Below, piece after piece: positions 1 to 14,886 of a stretch of 64,000 nucleotides of DNA. Every line of letters starts with the position of its first letter. The stretch's first letter is position 1. Below the pieces are notes generated by a model. It worked only from the letters and a program-made list of their open reading frames with translations, made no database searches and was not told where the DNA came from. Source of the DNA: Eledone cirrhosa (lineage: Eukaryota); the NCBI GenBank assembly GCA_964016885.1, contig OZ024745.1, forward strand, positions 119,722,001 through 119,786,000, written 5' to 3'. The translations under genes were made by a program, and so were the position numbers.

Positions 1-122
1 AACGGGATCTTCAGAAGATACTGTTATTTTAATAAATATCTGCTCTAGGGTTCTTATATATTTGATATATATTTATCCTTATCGAGCCCTCTTTGGATTT
101 TAGTCTTCACATTTATTATTAT

Positions 123-130
<8 letters not shown>
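1..130. mobile_element. PLE pLTR-like fragment, family A (inverted hammerhead-like 5' half joined to forward terminus), abutting (TA)n
   Basis: 1-15 is the reverse complement of CTGAAGATCCCGTT. 21-130 matches 8704-8810 and in part 58305-58395. Confidence 0.55.
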
Positions 131-182
<52 letters not shown>

Positions 183-191
183 TTATTTATA

Positions 192-262
<71 letters not shown>
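127..262. repeat. (TA)n microsatellite (representative of dozens in the window)
   Basis: Direct reading. Confidence 0.95.
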
Positions 263-264
<2 letters not shown>

Positions 265-424
265 CATACATACCTTCATGGACACAGTCCTTACGGAAAC
301 AATCACCAGCCAACTGAATCAACACGCCATAGGATATTGATTTATCTATTAAAGATTAAGCCTGCAGTGGCATCGAAGTTTCGACTGTAATGTACAAATA
401 CACAAATGTATTAATACCTATTAT

Positions 425-597
425 TCGGTAGAGAGTCGGACGCCATGCTTTCTAGCATAGTTACGTCCCTTTACAGTCTTAGTTCAAATCCCGCCGAGGT
501 TGACTTTGCCTTTCATCCTTACAGGGTCGATAAAATAAAGTACCAGTAATGTACTGGGTAATTGCTGGCCTTGTGCAAAAAGTAGAAACAATTATTA
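425..597 (+). mobile_element. tRNA-derived SINE, short-tail subfamily
   Basis: B-box GTTCAAATCC, central GCCTTTCATCCTTAC(A/G)GGGTCGATAAAATAAAGTACCAG and tail GGCCTTGTGC..AAAGTAGAAACAATTAT, shared with about 25 copies. Confidence 0.85.
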
Positions 598-1122
598 TAT
601 ACTAAGAGTGATTACTTTAAGTATACCCATTCTTCTATATATCTATCTGCCTATAAATTTAATCAATGATTACTGATTTAACTGACACAGTTGAGCTAAT
701 TCCTATGAATATATTAAGATATTTTGTTTTAACATTCTACGCGCAACATGTCTTGATTCATTCTGGAATCTTTATAATATATTCGTTGTTATTATACTGA
801 CCAAGGCAATCCGCTGGGCCCCATCACTAGTCAGGCATTTGGTGAACATCCTTTGAATTAATGGAAAGCTCCTGGATATTTGAAATATTGAAGAATTGCT
901 AATTTGTCGGTCAAATATTTCCACATTCAATAAATAATAAATACATCAAAGAAAGACCTGAACTTCACACTAAACATATTTTTAATTCTTCTTTGCATAT
1001 TGGAATGGAATCAATTTATTTGTTGGTAAATGATCGAGAAAGAAGTTTATATAGTACAGTGTAGCATTAAAATAAAACACACTTAACGCACCAGTGAGTT
1101 ATTAATCGAAAATGCCGCCAAG

Positions 1123-1170
<48 letters not shown>

Positions 1171-1384
1171 CCGATATAATATGCCGTTAGTACTAGTGGG
1201 TGTAGAAGCACTGGGTCCCATTACAGCTAAAGATGTTACTCGATCGTTGATGAATTAACTACGTATGACTGAAACTAGTTCAACGGAAACTGATTCCTCT
1301 TATTCTGTATACACATACACACAAATATACACACACATACATACACAGTACACACACGCACAAACGAACAAACATTCACATGCT

Positions 1385-1418
<34 letters not shown>

Positions 1419-1539
1419 TGTATGTATGTATGTGAATGTGTTTTTGTATGTGTGTATGTGGATGTGGATGTGGGGGTGTGGGGTGTAGTTGTGTGGGTGT
1501 GTCTGGTTACTGATTAATCAATAGCTCTATATCGTAGCT

Positions 1540-2140
1540 ATATGTTATTGAATTCGGCTCTCTGCGTTTTGATTTCATCATTGTATTTTATCCCTTTGAG
1601 ATCGATAAATCTTGTACCAGTCCAATGTATGTATGGCCCCATAACATCTGGTAGAGCCGTAGAGACACACCGTATTGACATACAGCGTTTCTTGGATACT
1701 TTAAAGCCTAGTTGAGCCCATCCCTTTCCGGGCCTGAGTACAGCAGATTTCTTCCAGAGAGGTATATAAAGTGAGAGAGAGAGAGGAAGGGAGATAGAGA
1801 TATAGGAGAAGAATTGACCCCCCCCCCCCCCCAAAAAAAAATAGATTGATACTTTTTTTATCGACTTTGATAGAATGAAAAGCAAAGTTGACCATGACCA
1901 GATTTGAACTTAGAGAACAGCAGAGAGGGTCAATTTTTCTTCTATATCCCTTTCTCACTGTCTTTTCATTGACTGGAAATCGGCTGATGTTAGACATGAA
2001 AGGGAATGGTCTCCGCTAGGGTTAAAACGCTCACGACACGCTGTATATCCCTTCGGTGCCTCCTACGACTGCCTCAGGAGTTATGGATACCTACATACAT
2101 ACCTGGTATTGAGGTGGCGCTGCTCACGGACTGCGGTTAC
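1540..2140. mobile_element. Degenerate SINE-related pieces, alternative-tail subfamily, opposite orientations
   Basis: 1680-1900 (minus) and 1920-2110 (plus) resemble the AAATCTGCTGTACTCAG...GGGCTC tail at 18470-18505 and 26005-26130. Confidence 0.45.
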
Positions 2141-2615
2141 CTACGTCTGTATGTATATATGTGTTTACATATATTACACATGTTTTACACTCACTTACAT
2201 ACAGAGAAAAACACAAACTTATACATGTATGTATATATAGCGGTGACGTATTTGTTTTGCAATGTTTTTGATACGAAATCGTGTGTTGAAACAGATATGG
2301 TTATATTTGGGTAGGCTCGTGTTGTTCTTAAAATTGCCAGAAAACAGTAAAACATTCGTTTTGGTTGGTTTTTCGCTTCCGTATATCTTTATATTTCTAT
2401 AAACACATGGACTCCAAATATCTCATACACAAAAACTAAGTGATGTCTAATAGTATTAAGTTTAATATCCTGAATGCGGACTTAGTAAATGTGATGAAAT
2501 ATGTGCCCCGCATGTGCGATTTAACTGAACTAGAAAGACTCGTGCAACACTTCATTCATCGCATGCAGTTCTCTGGCTTAAACCAACCAAAGGGACAGAA
2601 TCGGGGTATACAGAG

Positions 2616-2686
<71 letters not shown>

Positions 2687-2873
2687 GATAATTTTGAAGG
2701 TTTCATGCCCAGAGCATGCCTAAGCTGATCGCACAGCTTGGCGCAGTCTTTTAAATCGGATTATCGATATCATATCTCATTTGATTTATTAAAGATATCA
2801 TATATAACAATCATTTGTTATATCACATGTTTGGATTCTCAGGCTTTTTAAATTTCAAATCATCTAAGCGATA

Positions 2874-2993
<120 letters not shown>

Positions 2994-4254
2994 GGTAAAC
3001 AGAAATAACAACACAATCGGTACAGTATATGGAAGGAATATATTAGGTTAACGCTTGAAATAGAAAGAAGAGAGTATTACCGTTTCGGACGCTAGTCCTT
3101 CATCAGAAGAAAGACTGGGAAATAAGATAGATTGAAGGGGCGGTTGGGGCGGATTTGGAAAAAAATGTCTTTAGATAAAGATAACAGATCAATTGACGGT
3201 GACATCTCTTGGAAAACAGTTGATGCTGGCGTATTGTGTATGATATTTTTTTTTTTTGGAAACGTGGATGATGGAGCGTATATATATATATATATATATA
3301 TAGGCTGTAACTGTTTTATGAGAAATAAATCTCGGATCGCAACACCAACACATCATCACACGCCCCCACACACATGAACACACACAAACACACACACAAA
3401 TATATATATTCCGATCGCCTAATTATTTCTCATAAAATAGTTACAGCATATAGTTTATGCTCTGTTTCCCTCTTCTTCAACAGAAGTGTCCATCATTCCA
3501 ATATATAAAATTGCATCAGGAAAAAGGAGGTCTCAGACATTTACCTAGACACATAATAATTTAGAGAGACTAGCAGAATAACCACTCTTCGGGTGGTTTT
3601 CTACTAGCCTGTGTAGTGTGCATATTGATATACGCTAGTATATATTCATGTAGATATGATATCAAATAAAATCGTAATGGACAATATACACAGAAATTGA
3701 ACGAAGACTGCGTTATACTGTCTTATGTAACCAGTACTGTAATCCATTGACGGAAATATATAACTGTTTATTTAAGCGATCGCTAATCGGCAGTGTTGAC
3801 ATTTGAACATTTTGAAGAAGTGAATCTTAAAATAAGCGACAAAATGATCTATATTTAATCAAGAATAACGAAATTTAGTAGATAAATTATGTAATATTCA
3901 TTCATTATTTATTCAAAGTAATCCAACTTATTTTACAAACATGATAAACAAATATATTCTGGACGTTGTCCCCCACTTCTCCCTTTATTATAGTTTAGAT
4001 AATCGATTCTTAAATGCCGCATATTTATGCATATTTATACGATCTGATCACTGACCCAATTGCAGGGCTTCTACTGAAAATCAAGTTTATTTACCACACC
4101 ACACATACAATTTAAAGTTAAATACCAGGTTTATTGATATGCTGAGTATTTAAGATAATTAGATATCAGTATGCTCTTGTTCATTTTTATTCTTATGATA
4201 TAAATTATAAAAATTAAGAAGCTTCGGGTAAGATCAATATTTTCGTCTTTAGAA

Positions 4255-4355
4255 GGGCGGTGGATTGGCAGTATTGGTAGAGCATCAGTCACCATACTTT
4301 GCAGAATAGAGTTACGCCCCTTTACGGTCTGAGCTCAAATGCAGCCGAGGTTAAT
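4255..4355 (+). mobile_element. SINE 5' half
   Basis: GGGCGGTGGATTGGCAGTATTGGTAGAG head through GCCGAGGTTAA. Confidence 0.75.
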
Positions 4356-4651
4356 ATTCTTTTATAAATATTGACATATCCAAAAACAAGAACTTATCGT
4401 TTTAACTTAATTTTGGATAATGAACGAAATTTCAAATCTTAGGATGAAATATGTTGATGAAGCTAAAAGTACAGTTGAAAAAGATCGTTATATTTAGACG
4501 CTAGGTAAATTTAAATAATTATTAGGATAATTTTTTATTTTTTTATTTTTAGGGGAAGAAGAGAGAGATGTTAATATTAATATTAGGGTGTAAGAAAATT
4601 TAAGGAATGATTATAAGAAAACAAGTATATTATATTTGGAAATACACTATG

Positions 4652-4760
4652 TCGCCGAGGTTAACTTTGTCTTTCATCCTTATGAGGTCGATAAAATAAA
4701 ATACCAGTAATGCACTGGGATAATTGTCGGCGTTGTGCCAAAAGTAGAAATAATTATTAT
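4652..4760 (+). mobile_element. 5'-truncated SINE inside the PLE 3' UTR
   Basis: Central domain and tail of the SINE consensus. Confidence 0.8.
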
Positions 4761-6072
4761 TAAAATATAATTGTATGGATCAAATCAGTGATGGTGTAAA
4801 GAGAGTGATATAATTATAATTATTTATTTAATTATATAATTATATATTTTGGTAGTATCTATAAATTAATATGAGAATTATAAATGTGTTGAAGTGGTGG
4901 AATACCAATTTAAAAAAATTGAGAGATACTACTAATTATTGGATCTATTCAAATCGTGAGTTATAATATTATATAGATAATATTTATAAGTATATTTTAT
5001 GAAGAATTAAGGTTGTAAGTATATTTTACTTTATTATATTACAACAGTTTATTTATATAAATATTTATATAAATAATTTTGGTGAGTATATATGTGTTTT
5101 TCCTTAGATATATAATTTAAATATGTATGTATGTTAAGGGTTTCGAAGAATTTTGTGTTTACATTTTCAATATATAGTTAAGAAAGTAGTTCTATTTTTA
5201 TTAGAGAAGATTATTTTATGCATTCTATAGTTCAATCAAGATAGGAATACATTTACAAAGTTTAGTAAGCTAACGAAATTATACAGAACATTTAATATTT
5301 ATGTAAAGTTTAGTTGTTACTTAGAAGAAATATTTAAGCGTGTTACATTATAAAGGAAAAGATAACTCCAATGCTTCTTAGTTAAAATATTTAAGTTAAA
5401 TGTGTCGTTTACACTAGAAATTTACTTTAAAAGAATATTCAATTAAGATATATGCAAAATATATGTAGAAACATTTTTATATATTATTTTATATATAATT
5501 ATAAGGTATCCTATATTACATATTTTGAAAGATAAAAATTCTTTTACATATGTATTTAGATAGCATTATCTACATCGCTGCAAATGTTAAAGTCTATGTA
5601 GTCAATTAGGAAGAAATATTAGGGGCATCCAAAATGTATTCAGAAACATCATTAGAACTATCACAAGAAAGATATATTTCAAAATATCATTTAAAAATAA
5701 TTTAAAAAGAGTATCATTTGAAAAATATCGCTTAAAAAAAAGAAAAACAACATCTAATGATCACCGCAAAAGTAAAAAAAAACATAGTGAAGACATATTA
5801 AGTGTAAACAAGTGAGGCATAGATAGCATTTTCTATAGATTATAGATACTTCTGAATGTTTTGCTTTGGCGATGTCTGCAAGAACTGAATAATTCTTTCT
5901 TTTGTTAATAGAGTTTTTGTTGCTAAGTATATGTCCTCAATACAAAAATGACAAATTCTTGAAAGAGCCATATTTCGGTATGCGGGAACTTTCGAAATCG
6001 TTCACTATCCAAAATGAACTTAAAACGATAAGTTCTTGTTTTTGGATGTGTCAATATTTATAAAACAATTTT

Positions 6073-6140
6073 TTGTATTTTATCTGATGAGGGCGTACCA
6101 AAATTTTGGTACCCTTGAAATATATAAAATAAAATAAATA
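6073..6140 (+). ncRNA. Minimal type I hammerhead ribozyme motif (pLTR family C)
   Basis: TATTTTAT-CTGATGA(6084-6090)-stem II GGGCGTACCAAAATTTTGGTACCCTT-GAAA(6117-6120)-TATATA-..ATAAAATA. The flanks can pair as stem I. Confidence 0.65.
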
Positions 6141-6471
6141 TGGTTTTATAAAGATAGTTTCCATATATTAATAACATTCATATTATACTCCAGAAGAAAA
6201 CTGTAGAGTGCTTCGAATCTGTTATAATTTGTTGAATAACCAACAAATTAAATATCTCTTTACGTATATATATATATACATAGACATACACTCACATATA
6301 TATATATACACATATTCACATCTGTACATACATATGCATACATTCACACATACACATACATATATATACACCCCCATCAAAACCCCACACACACGTATAC
6401 AAACATACGTCTACACACATGTATACATATACATACACACACACACCCACAGACACACACACATATATATG

Positions 6472-6535
<64 letters not shown>

Positions 6536-6649
6536 TACCCTAATACATTTTCCCCTCCACGTGTGCATACACACACACACACACTCGCACATATATTCTT
6601 ATACATATGCATATATGTATGTACACACATCTACACACACATAAGTAGT

Positions 6650-7425
6650 ATACAAAAAATACATGGAAGAAAAGCATATAAAGATACACATTGGGTTTAG
6701 CATATAGACAGAGTTGATATTATGCTGCCAACGTGGATAAGTCCGCGTATAGACACCTCAAGTAAGGCTACATATGGGGAGACCGTATATAGTAAATGCA
6801 TGCAGGATATACAAAAAAATGTATGCAGAATATAAAAAAAAATACATACATCTGAATTATATAAGAAAAGTATACAAAGAGATACATTGGTGTGTACATG
6901 GAAAAATACATGGGGTGTTACGTAATATAGTGCGTGGAGAATATGCACATACCACTGAAAAGATACAAATGCAGGGATTGCGTGAACAGGCTATAATGGA
7001 GCATCTCACTGTAGGTGAGATAGAGTGCCTTATTGATGTATGGTACGGGACTGAATATCCGTGGAGGTTGAGCCACCGTGCCCCGGCTCATGCGATGATG
7101 TTGCCTAGCATGAGGTGCGGAGTCCGATAGGTAGCATAGGTTGTGTCGACTTACCCCAGAGGGCATATATAGTCAACAAGGTATGGTGTCTGATCCCTTG
7201 GACCCGTGCCGTCCGCTTCCTCGCATGCGTTTAGTTTAGGCTGTCCGGTTACGTTCATGCAGAGAATGTCTACCTTCTCAGGTGTCTGCACGTCATGATA
7301 ATCTCCGATTTCAGGTTGACCGCATCATCCTTCAATCTGACTATCTCCATGGCCTCGGATAGGCATAGTCTACACTTCCTATTTCCAGCCGAATATGCAT
7401 TTGCTTGTTGAACGATACTCCAGAT
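6650..7425 (-). mobile_element. PLE 3' fragment (GIY-YIG C-terminus plus UTR), a different subfamily
   Basis: Manual minus-strand translation of about 7425-7270: WSIVQQANAYSAGNRKCRLCLSEAMEIVRLKDDAVNLKSEIIMTCRHLRR*. This has the same W..Y..CxxC..E..N..CxH pattern as the end of ORF 59556-61217. Confidence 0.75.
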
Positions 7426-7495
7426 GTGTGTACATACATTTCATATATACATAAGTGTAAGAATATATGTGCGAGTCTCTGTGTGTGTGTATATA

Positions 7496-7527
<32 letters not shown>

Positions 7528-8299
7528 ATATGTGTGTGTATGTATATGTACCTGTGTGAAGACGTATGTGTGTGTACGTGTGAGTGCGCATGTGGATTGT
7601 TGTATATATATATATGTGTATGTGTGTATGTATGCATATGTATGTGCAGATGTGCATATGTGTGTACGTAAATGTATGTATGTGTATATATATCTGTGAG
7701 TGTATGTGTATGTATATGTACGGATGCGTACGTGTGTGTGTGCATGTATATATACGGGTGAGTGTAAGTGTATGTATCTGTGTATATGCGTGCCTATATA
7801 CATGTGCGTGCGTGCGTGTCTGCCTCTCTGTGTGTATGTATGCGTATATTTGTGTGACTATTTCTGTGCGTGAACGTAAGCACACAAACTACTCTGTACG
7901 TAGGTGTCAGTATCTGTGTGTGTGTGTGAGCGTGGGAGTGTGAGCTGACTAACAGCCGTAATTTCGCCGACGGGACAGTGGGTGAGTGACAGATCACCCT
8001 GACGGTCAACGGGTTGCTACAAGTGGTCAGAATAATGATGACGTCACTAACCCAGTGACCAACCCAAGGACACGCAGAGCGGATGAAGGTGGACGTTATA
8101 GGCTTGTAGGGCCAGAAAACCTCAGAAAGAGGATATGATCCAAAATCAGTAGACGTGTCCGAGGAACCCACAAGTCTAGAGTCAGGTCGATACACACACA
8201 GATCGCACCTCGAGCTGTTCGCCCGGGAAACAATTGTAACACAATAAATTCAATTCCGATGCATCACTGATTTTTCGTTTTCCATTCTATATATATATA

Positions 8300-8462
8300 T
8301 AACGAAGGAAGTATGGTAACACCCAGAGTACTAAATACTTAGGGTAGTAGAGTGGGTAATAGGAAAATGTTTAACCCCGACGGCAGAGCTGAAGCCGTTT
8401 CGACGACTATTTCCAGAAATAGCCATCGAAACGGCTTGACATCTGCCGTAGGAGTTAAACAT

Positions 8463-8467
<5 letters not shown>
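8300..8467. mobile_element. pLTR family B fold-back element (diverged copy) between (TA)n tracts
   Basis: Starts AACGAAGGAAG as at 8830 and 44951. Imperfect hairpin at 8363-8466. Confidence 0.7.
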
Positions 8468-8500
<33 letters not shown>

Positions 8501-8502
<2 letters not shown>

Positions 8503-8810
8503 TAAAATAACAGATTAAAGTTTGAGCAAAGAATCGGTGCTTTCACCCTTAACGGGATCTTCTGAAACTAACAAAGTCAATCTGTAAACGCAGAAGTGGA
8601 TTTTTTTTTTTAAATATCCACTTCTGCGTTTACAGATTGACTTTGTTAGTTTCAGAAGATCCCGTTAACGGTGAAAGAAGCGATTCTTTGCTTAAACTTT
8701 AATCTGTTATTTTAATAAATATTTGGTCTATGGTTCTTATATATTTGATATATATTTATCCTGATCGAGCCCTCTTTGGATTTCAGTCTTCAAATTTATT
8801 ATTATTACTA
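8501..8810. mobile_element. pLTR family A fold-back element between (TA)n tracts
   Basis: Inverted arms of about 100 bp (8501-8601 and 8616-8716) containing CAGAAGA-TCCCGTTAA(C/G)GGT-GAAAG, then a single-copy extension to (TA)n. Confidence 0.75.
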
Positions 8811-8829
8811 TATATATATATATATATAT

Positions 8830-9036
8830 AACGAAGGAAATGTGGTAAGGAACCAGGTGGACCATAACGCACCAAAGTACTCAATACTTGAGGTAGTAGA
8901 GTGGGTAATAGGAACCAGTAAGACCCCGACAGCTGAGCTCAAGCCGTTTCGACGGCTAATTCTGGACTAAAATCTAGTCCAGAATTAGCCGTCGAAACGG
9001 CTTGAGCTCAGCTGTCGGGGTCTTACTGGTTCCTAT
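8830..9036. mobile_element. pLTR family B fold-back element with a perfect 62-bp-arm hairpin
   Basis: 8908-8969 is the reverse complement of 8975-9036, with a 5-nt loop. Near-identical copy at 44951-45151. Confidence 0.85.
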
Positions 9037-9072
9037 ATATATATATATATATAATATATATATATATTATAT

Positions 9073-9149
<77 letters not shown>

Positions 9150-9849
9150 TATATTTATATATGCTGCCATTTGTTTCAGGTTCCAGTTAGGGCCACCACT
9201 GTATATTTGAGGAGATACTTTTAAACTGGCCCTCCATTCAGTCACACAGACCTAGATGAAATGGGAATTGTATCTCCTTCGACGGATTCTTCCTTCAAAA
9301 AACTGTGGTGACCCTTATATGTGAAACAGGGGATTTAAATCGGGCATGAAATCTGTCTAGACTAATTTTTCAAGTTTTCTTATTTTTTGTTTTTTTTTGT
9401 TTTGTCAACTCGAGCGGCCAAAGGGAGGTGACTCTTCAATATGTCAGTGATTACGGTAAGTTATTAGTAATTATATATACACGGACACACAGACACAAAC
9501 ATTAAACAAATTATTAAAGATTTGAAAACAGTTTGAAAAATCATACACATCTATCTGCGCGCACCAGTACTGTGCAGAGGTGGGGGGCGGGGTCAGCTGC
9601 GTTGGCCCCGGGCATCCTTTGGTTGATTTATATTAAAATCGAATAAAGCGTTTATTTCATGTTTCATCTGTATTTATATATTCAAAATGTTTTCCTCTCT
9701 CATTATATTTCTCAGTATATTACCCCTTATACTTACGTCTTTGGTGCATACAATCAAGATTTACCCCATGGATCACCAGAGCTATGTACGCCTCTGGCAC
9801 ACACACACACACACACACACGTATATTATGGGAAGTCGCCTTTCTTTTT

Positions 9850-11400
9850 GTAAGACATCTTGTATGTTCATGTGGTTTGTTCTTTGCAGTCATTTTCGAT
9901 TTCATGGACAGGACGTAAGAATAGGAAACTCACTGAACGTCGATTGATGATCTTCCTGCATCTAAGTTGAGGGGTAAAGTATTTATCGGTAAGGTGTAAG
10001 AATGTTCTACTAATATTAGTTTTTATATTTTAGTGAGAAAACAGGCGTGAACCAGTTTATTTTTGTTTTACTATTATTTCTTGGTTGGTGCCTATTAGGT
10101 ATGCATTTCATCTGTTCTTTAAATACACTATCTCGGAGGGCCTTGCTATAATATGGTGCTGCCTTTTCAAATATCTCTGTGCTGGATGATAATTTCGAGA
10201 CTCTAGGGCTAATGTTGGGTTCTAGATATTTTTTTAAAACCATAGAGTGGCGACATGATACCCATTGATGTATTTCAGCTTATCGTTTGGTTTATGATAG
10301 GGTTTCTATGTGCCTGTAGGTTGACCGGAGTTGACGTCGAAAAGGTTGATCCTAGTGACGTTTGTGTCGACGTATAAGGCCTAGCGCCCGAAATGTGCTT
10401 ATCAAGTCTTTACAAAACTTGTCCATATCATGCCCATTGCGGTCGTGTGTTAAAGTAAGACAATTGTCGTGGTATAGATCGTGTGGTCGGGGAATTTCCG
10501 TTTAAACGTTTGGCGTATGTATAATCCAACAAAATTATATATACCTGCGATATCATATGACCCCGTCGAGACGTCGAATGAATCTTCTGAGTCGGATTTG
10601 TTTACTGAAGCGGTGCCATTGTTGAATAAAAGCGTCTTTCGTGCGTAGTAAATCAGGTCGTGTTCTTGGTTACTGATAGCTACGAAGGTACGAACGAAGT
10701 CTAGGAATTTCTCTAGTAGCGGTTTAGTGATAGAGGGGTAAGAATCGGTTATATCGAACTGGGTGTACTTAACCCGATCTTTCGATGTGATGTCTTTGAC
10801 CCAGGATATAACAGATATGTTCCAAAGTAACAGGTTCCTGCTGTTTATGATACGTATGTTTATTTCTTCTATGATCTTCTTGGTGGCTATGCCTATTTCT
10901 GTTCTAGCTGGGCTTATGAGTCTGCAGGACGACCTATTTGTAAAATCCGTTTTGTGATTCTTGAAGTTAATGAAGGCATCACACTTTGCTAATCTTTCTA
11001 GTTCTATTATTGATTTTACAATTTCTAGCTAATTCTTTGGCCTCAATGTTAATAGAGTTATAAGTTTGAGGCTTGTCTTTCTGGTATTTGCTAGCTATAT
11101 CGCTCAGTATAAGTTGATTATATCTATTTTTCTATTTACTCCATATAGATTCTTAGTTTTGTCAAAAAAATCAAATACTTGTTTTAAAATTGAAATTTCT
11201 TAATAAATTTTACGTTGTTTTTTTTTATGAAGGAACTATGGTACTTACGAAATGTTATGCTAACTATTGCGTTTAATAAGTTTGCTTCGAAGCCTGCAAG
11301 ATCCTTAAATTTGGGCGGAAACTTGATGGATTTGATGTTGAATTTGGAAGTGGTTGCCATCCCTCCGTCAAATAAAAAGGCTTTCCATCTCAATCTCTGT
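9850..11400 (-). pseudogene. Degenerate PLE reverse transcriptase
   Basis: Fragments QRLRWKAFLF...FEANLLNAIVSITFRK and ISPRVSKLSSSTEIFEKAAPYYSKALRDS...INWFTPVFS are homologous to the PLE ORFs at 39.9-42.2 kb and 59.6-61.2 kb. Confidence 0.85.
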
Positions 11401-12203
11401 ACATATCTATACATACACACACACACTCACACATACACACGCGCACATACACACACACGCACACGCACACACACACACACACACACATACACACACACAC
11501 ACACTCACACACGCACACATATATATATATAGCATTGATTGTTTTATAGTATTAAAACATTTGTGTTATGACGGGACCACGACCTTCGGATTGGTACTTA
11601 CACTGTTATTGTAACCTTAAGAAAAAACTTCTTAAGCTCCATATTCTTGGACTGTATGTTTTCAAACTCTATATTTATGTATTCTATGTTTTTAAGATTT
11701 GTATGTATGGGCTATATCCTCTATTGAATGCATATTGTGACTAATATTATAAAACCTTTTGCCTAAAATCAATATATCATTTGGTATTTATAATTTTTAA
11801 TACCTACATTATATGCTTTCATTATACCATTCTGCTTACATTACATATATTGCATGTACTCTATTGTAATTGATAGTTTTGCTATAATATTCTTGTTATA
11901 ATGTTTTTGCTATAATTAATAACCCTATCCTTATATATAACCTATACCTCCAATTATTTATATAATAGCACTATTATAATTTTTCATTACAATTTTTCAT
12001 TTCAATTTTATGTTTGTTCAATTTTATGCTCTTGCTCTATAATATATTGATGTTAATACTTATACTTAATCTTCTCACCTATAATGTATCCTACTAAATG
12101 TTCAAGTGAATAGGAATATATTTGTTTTAACCTTTATATGCTCCGATGAATCCATATTAAGTGTTTTAAACACAATTTGATTGTTATTTATGTTGTATTT
12201 ATG

Positions 12204-12320
<117 letters not shown>

Positions 12321-12336
12321 TCAAATTTATTATTAT

Positions 12337-12384
<48 letters not shown>

Positions 12385-12651
12385 GAATTACAATTTAACT
12401 TCACGCATGGTTGCACACAGATATGTATTGAAACTTTGTATTTCAGAAGAAATATGGTATGTTTATAATAAACAACTGGAGAGTCGTAGCTATGCCAAAA
12501 CACCATTGACTAACGCCCTCTGGCGGTGTCCAGCAGAAGGAAGGGAGGCCAACGTGTATGTGCATTTCAAACTGAGCTGGTTCTCATCAACACGATCCCT
12601 CCCACTCTTGCAACTGATGGACTTTGAAAACAGGCGAGAAGATATGATTAT

Positions 12652-12692
<41 letters not shown>

Positions 12693-13062
12693 TATATACA
12701 TATACAGTATATATATATATGTATAAATATATGTATGTATATACATACAAACACACACACATACAAACACACACACACACACACATATATATGTGGGGTG
12801 TCGTGTGCAGATGCGTAGGAGTTTTTAAGTGTGGGTGGTTGAGTTCATGTAATTATGAACGTTTTATGTTTGCCATCATAATAATCCCTTTGTGTGTAAA
12901 AGCGTAACTTTTGATTCGAAAGATATGAATCAATAAAATACACACGAGATTGAAATAACTGGTCGATTAATAAATAACCCTTGAAGCTGGTGATCTGAGA
13001 TCAGTACAAATTATAAAAAATGATATATACATAACAAGTGCACCTAGGCCATATATACATAC

Positions 13063-13116
<54 letters not shown>

Positions 13117-13213
13117 CAAAATAAGATGCTGAGGTTACATATATAGTTTAATCATAATAGTTATTTCCATGGTTCTCCTTGCAATCGAGAGGTCCTTCAT
13201 ATATATAAATATG

Positions 13214-13284
<71 letters not shown>

Positions 13285-13939
13285 ATGTGTGTGTTGGGGG
13301 TGGGGGGCAATTGTTATCTTTATACAGATGCACCAATCATTTTTATGGTTCTACATACACATACGCACAAATACACTATATTTGTACTCCCACGCGTAAT
13401 CGTCCTAAACACATTTTCATTTTAATATATTAAGTGGCATTCAAATTTTTGTGAATATTTCTTATCCAGATATGCAAAGAAAATTCGTAACATATTGATA
13501 TTTAGTTTATTAAGTAAAATTGATTTCAATTATTTTTTCTCTAGAGAATATATTTTAATTTTCATATATATCACTTGTTCTAATTTTGTATTATTGCATT
13601 TTACAATTTTTAAGGGACGTTTATCGTTGAATGAATTGACAAAGGGAATATTATTAGTATGTATCAAGTCGACTCTTCAGAGAATAAATCCAACTTCGAC
13701 CAACTTCGATTTGAACACAGAACCTAAACATATGTAAGTAACAACTGCTACACATTATGTGGGAAACAGTTTGAATTACTGTACATCAGTTTGAATTATA
13801 GTTACTGTTCATCAGGTCTATATCCGCCCCTATCACGGCGACGTAATACCCTATTTCTAGAGAGACCTACCGACACACAAATATATATACAGTATATATA
13901 TGTATAAATATATGTATATATAAATATATATATATATAA

Positions 13940-13974
<35 letters not shown>

Positions 13975-13981
13975 TACATAC

Positions 13982-14038
<57 letters not shown>

Positions 14039-14886
14039 TGTGTGTATGTGTGTGTTTGTGTTTGAGTGTGTGTACCTAAATACATTACTGTACGTATTTT
14101 CTTCATACATGTTGATATAAACAAAGGAATATATTCTCATCTCTCAACATAAATGTCCCTGTCTTAATTAAAACAGTCATCTATATCAATCTCTATGTGT
14201 AATGTACTTTCATAATATTATCCGTTTGAAAGTATTTCTTTAATTAATTATCAGTTACAAACACATTTCCTCATCATTTAGTGACTATGAATTCTCACTT
14301 AAATTCAACTAACAGCTTATCACATCACAGTCATCACAAGGGCATCAAACCTACTAAATCTTCAAAATACATACGCTACCTATCCCCATACCTGCTGGGC
14401 AACCATTAAACTATCGATCGTAATTTGGTATTAGTTCTTTCGGCCCATTTCTAATATGGTCTAAACTGATTTTTGGAAGTCTGTCACTCGTCACTTCTTA
14501 AAAAGATTGTTTCTTGATACGATAATGCTTACAAATATAACCATTAAACGTGCTGCACGTTTAGTAATCCACAACACATTGCACGGAAAAAGCAGACTCA
14601 TATCATTCTGCACTTCATCACTCACAATCCTATGTTGAAATGCTTTTAAACATCATTTACAAATTCAATGTTTCTTTTATTTATTACTGTCAGCCTCTGC
14701 GATTCTATCTTTATAAAACCATCAAATTTCCTCGCATAAAAATACCTTTCCAATATCTGTTGTGAAGAGCTACGAATAATATGTACACACCCCTTTCCTG
14801 CAGACCATCACAATAATATAGTCCACTACCCTTACTCTAATAAAACGCTACCAACTCATGGCCCATCCTGAGAATCTCTTTTTTTA

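Larger units (their letters stand above)
4365..6262 (-). mobile_element. 5'-truncated PLE (GIY-YIG C-terminus plus 3' UTR) with inverted pLTR at the truncation point
   Basis: 5840-6005 is a reverse-complement homolog of 41990-42160, and 4440-5620 of the 42420-43290 UTR. 4365-4405 is an inverted repeat of 6020-6062. 6010-6262 is a plus-strand pLTR ending at (TA)n. Confidence 0.8.

Noticed and set aside
9190-9365. Possible HDV-like ribozyme (GGGCCACCAC...GTGGTGACCC pairing)
   Set aside because: One helix is visible, but the nested P2/P3/P1.1 topology could not be built.
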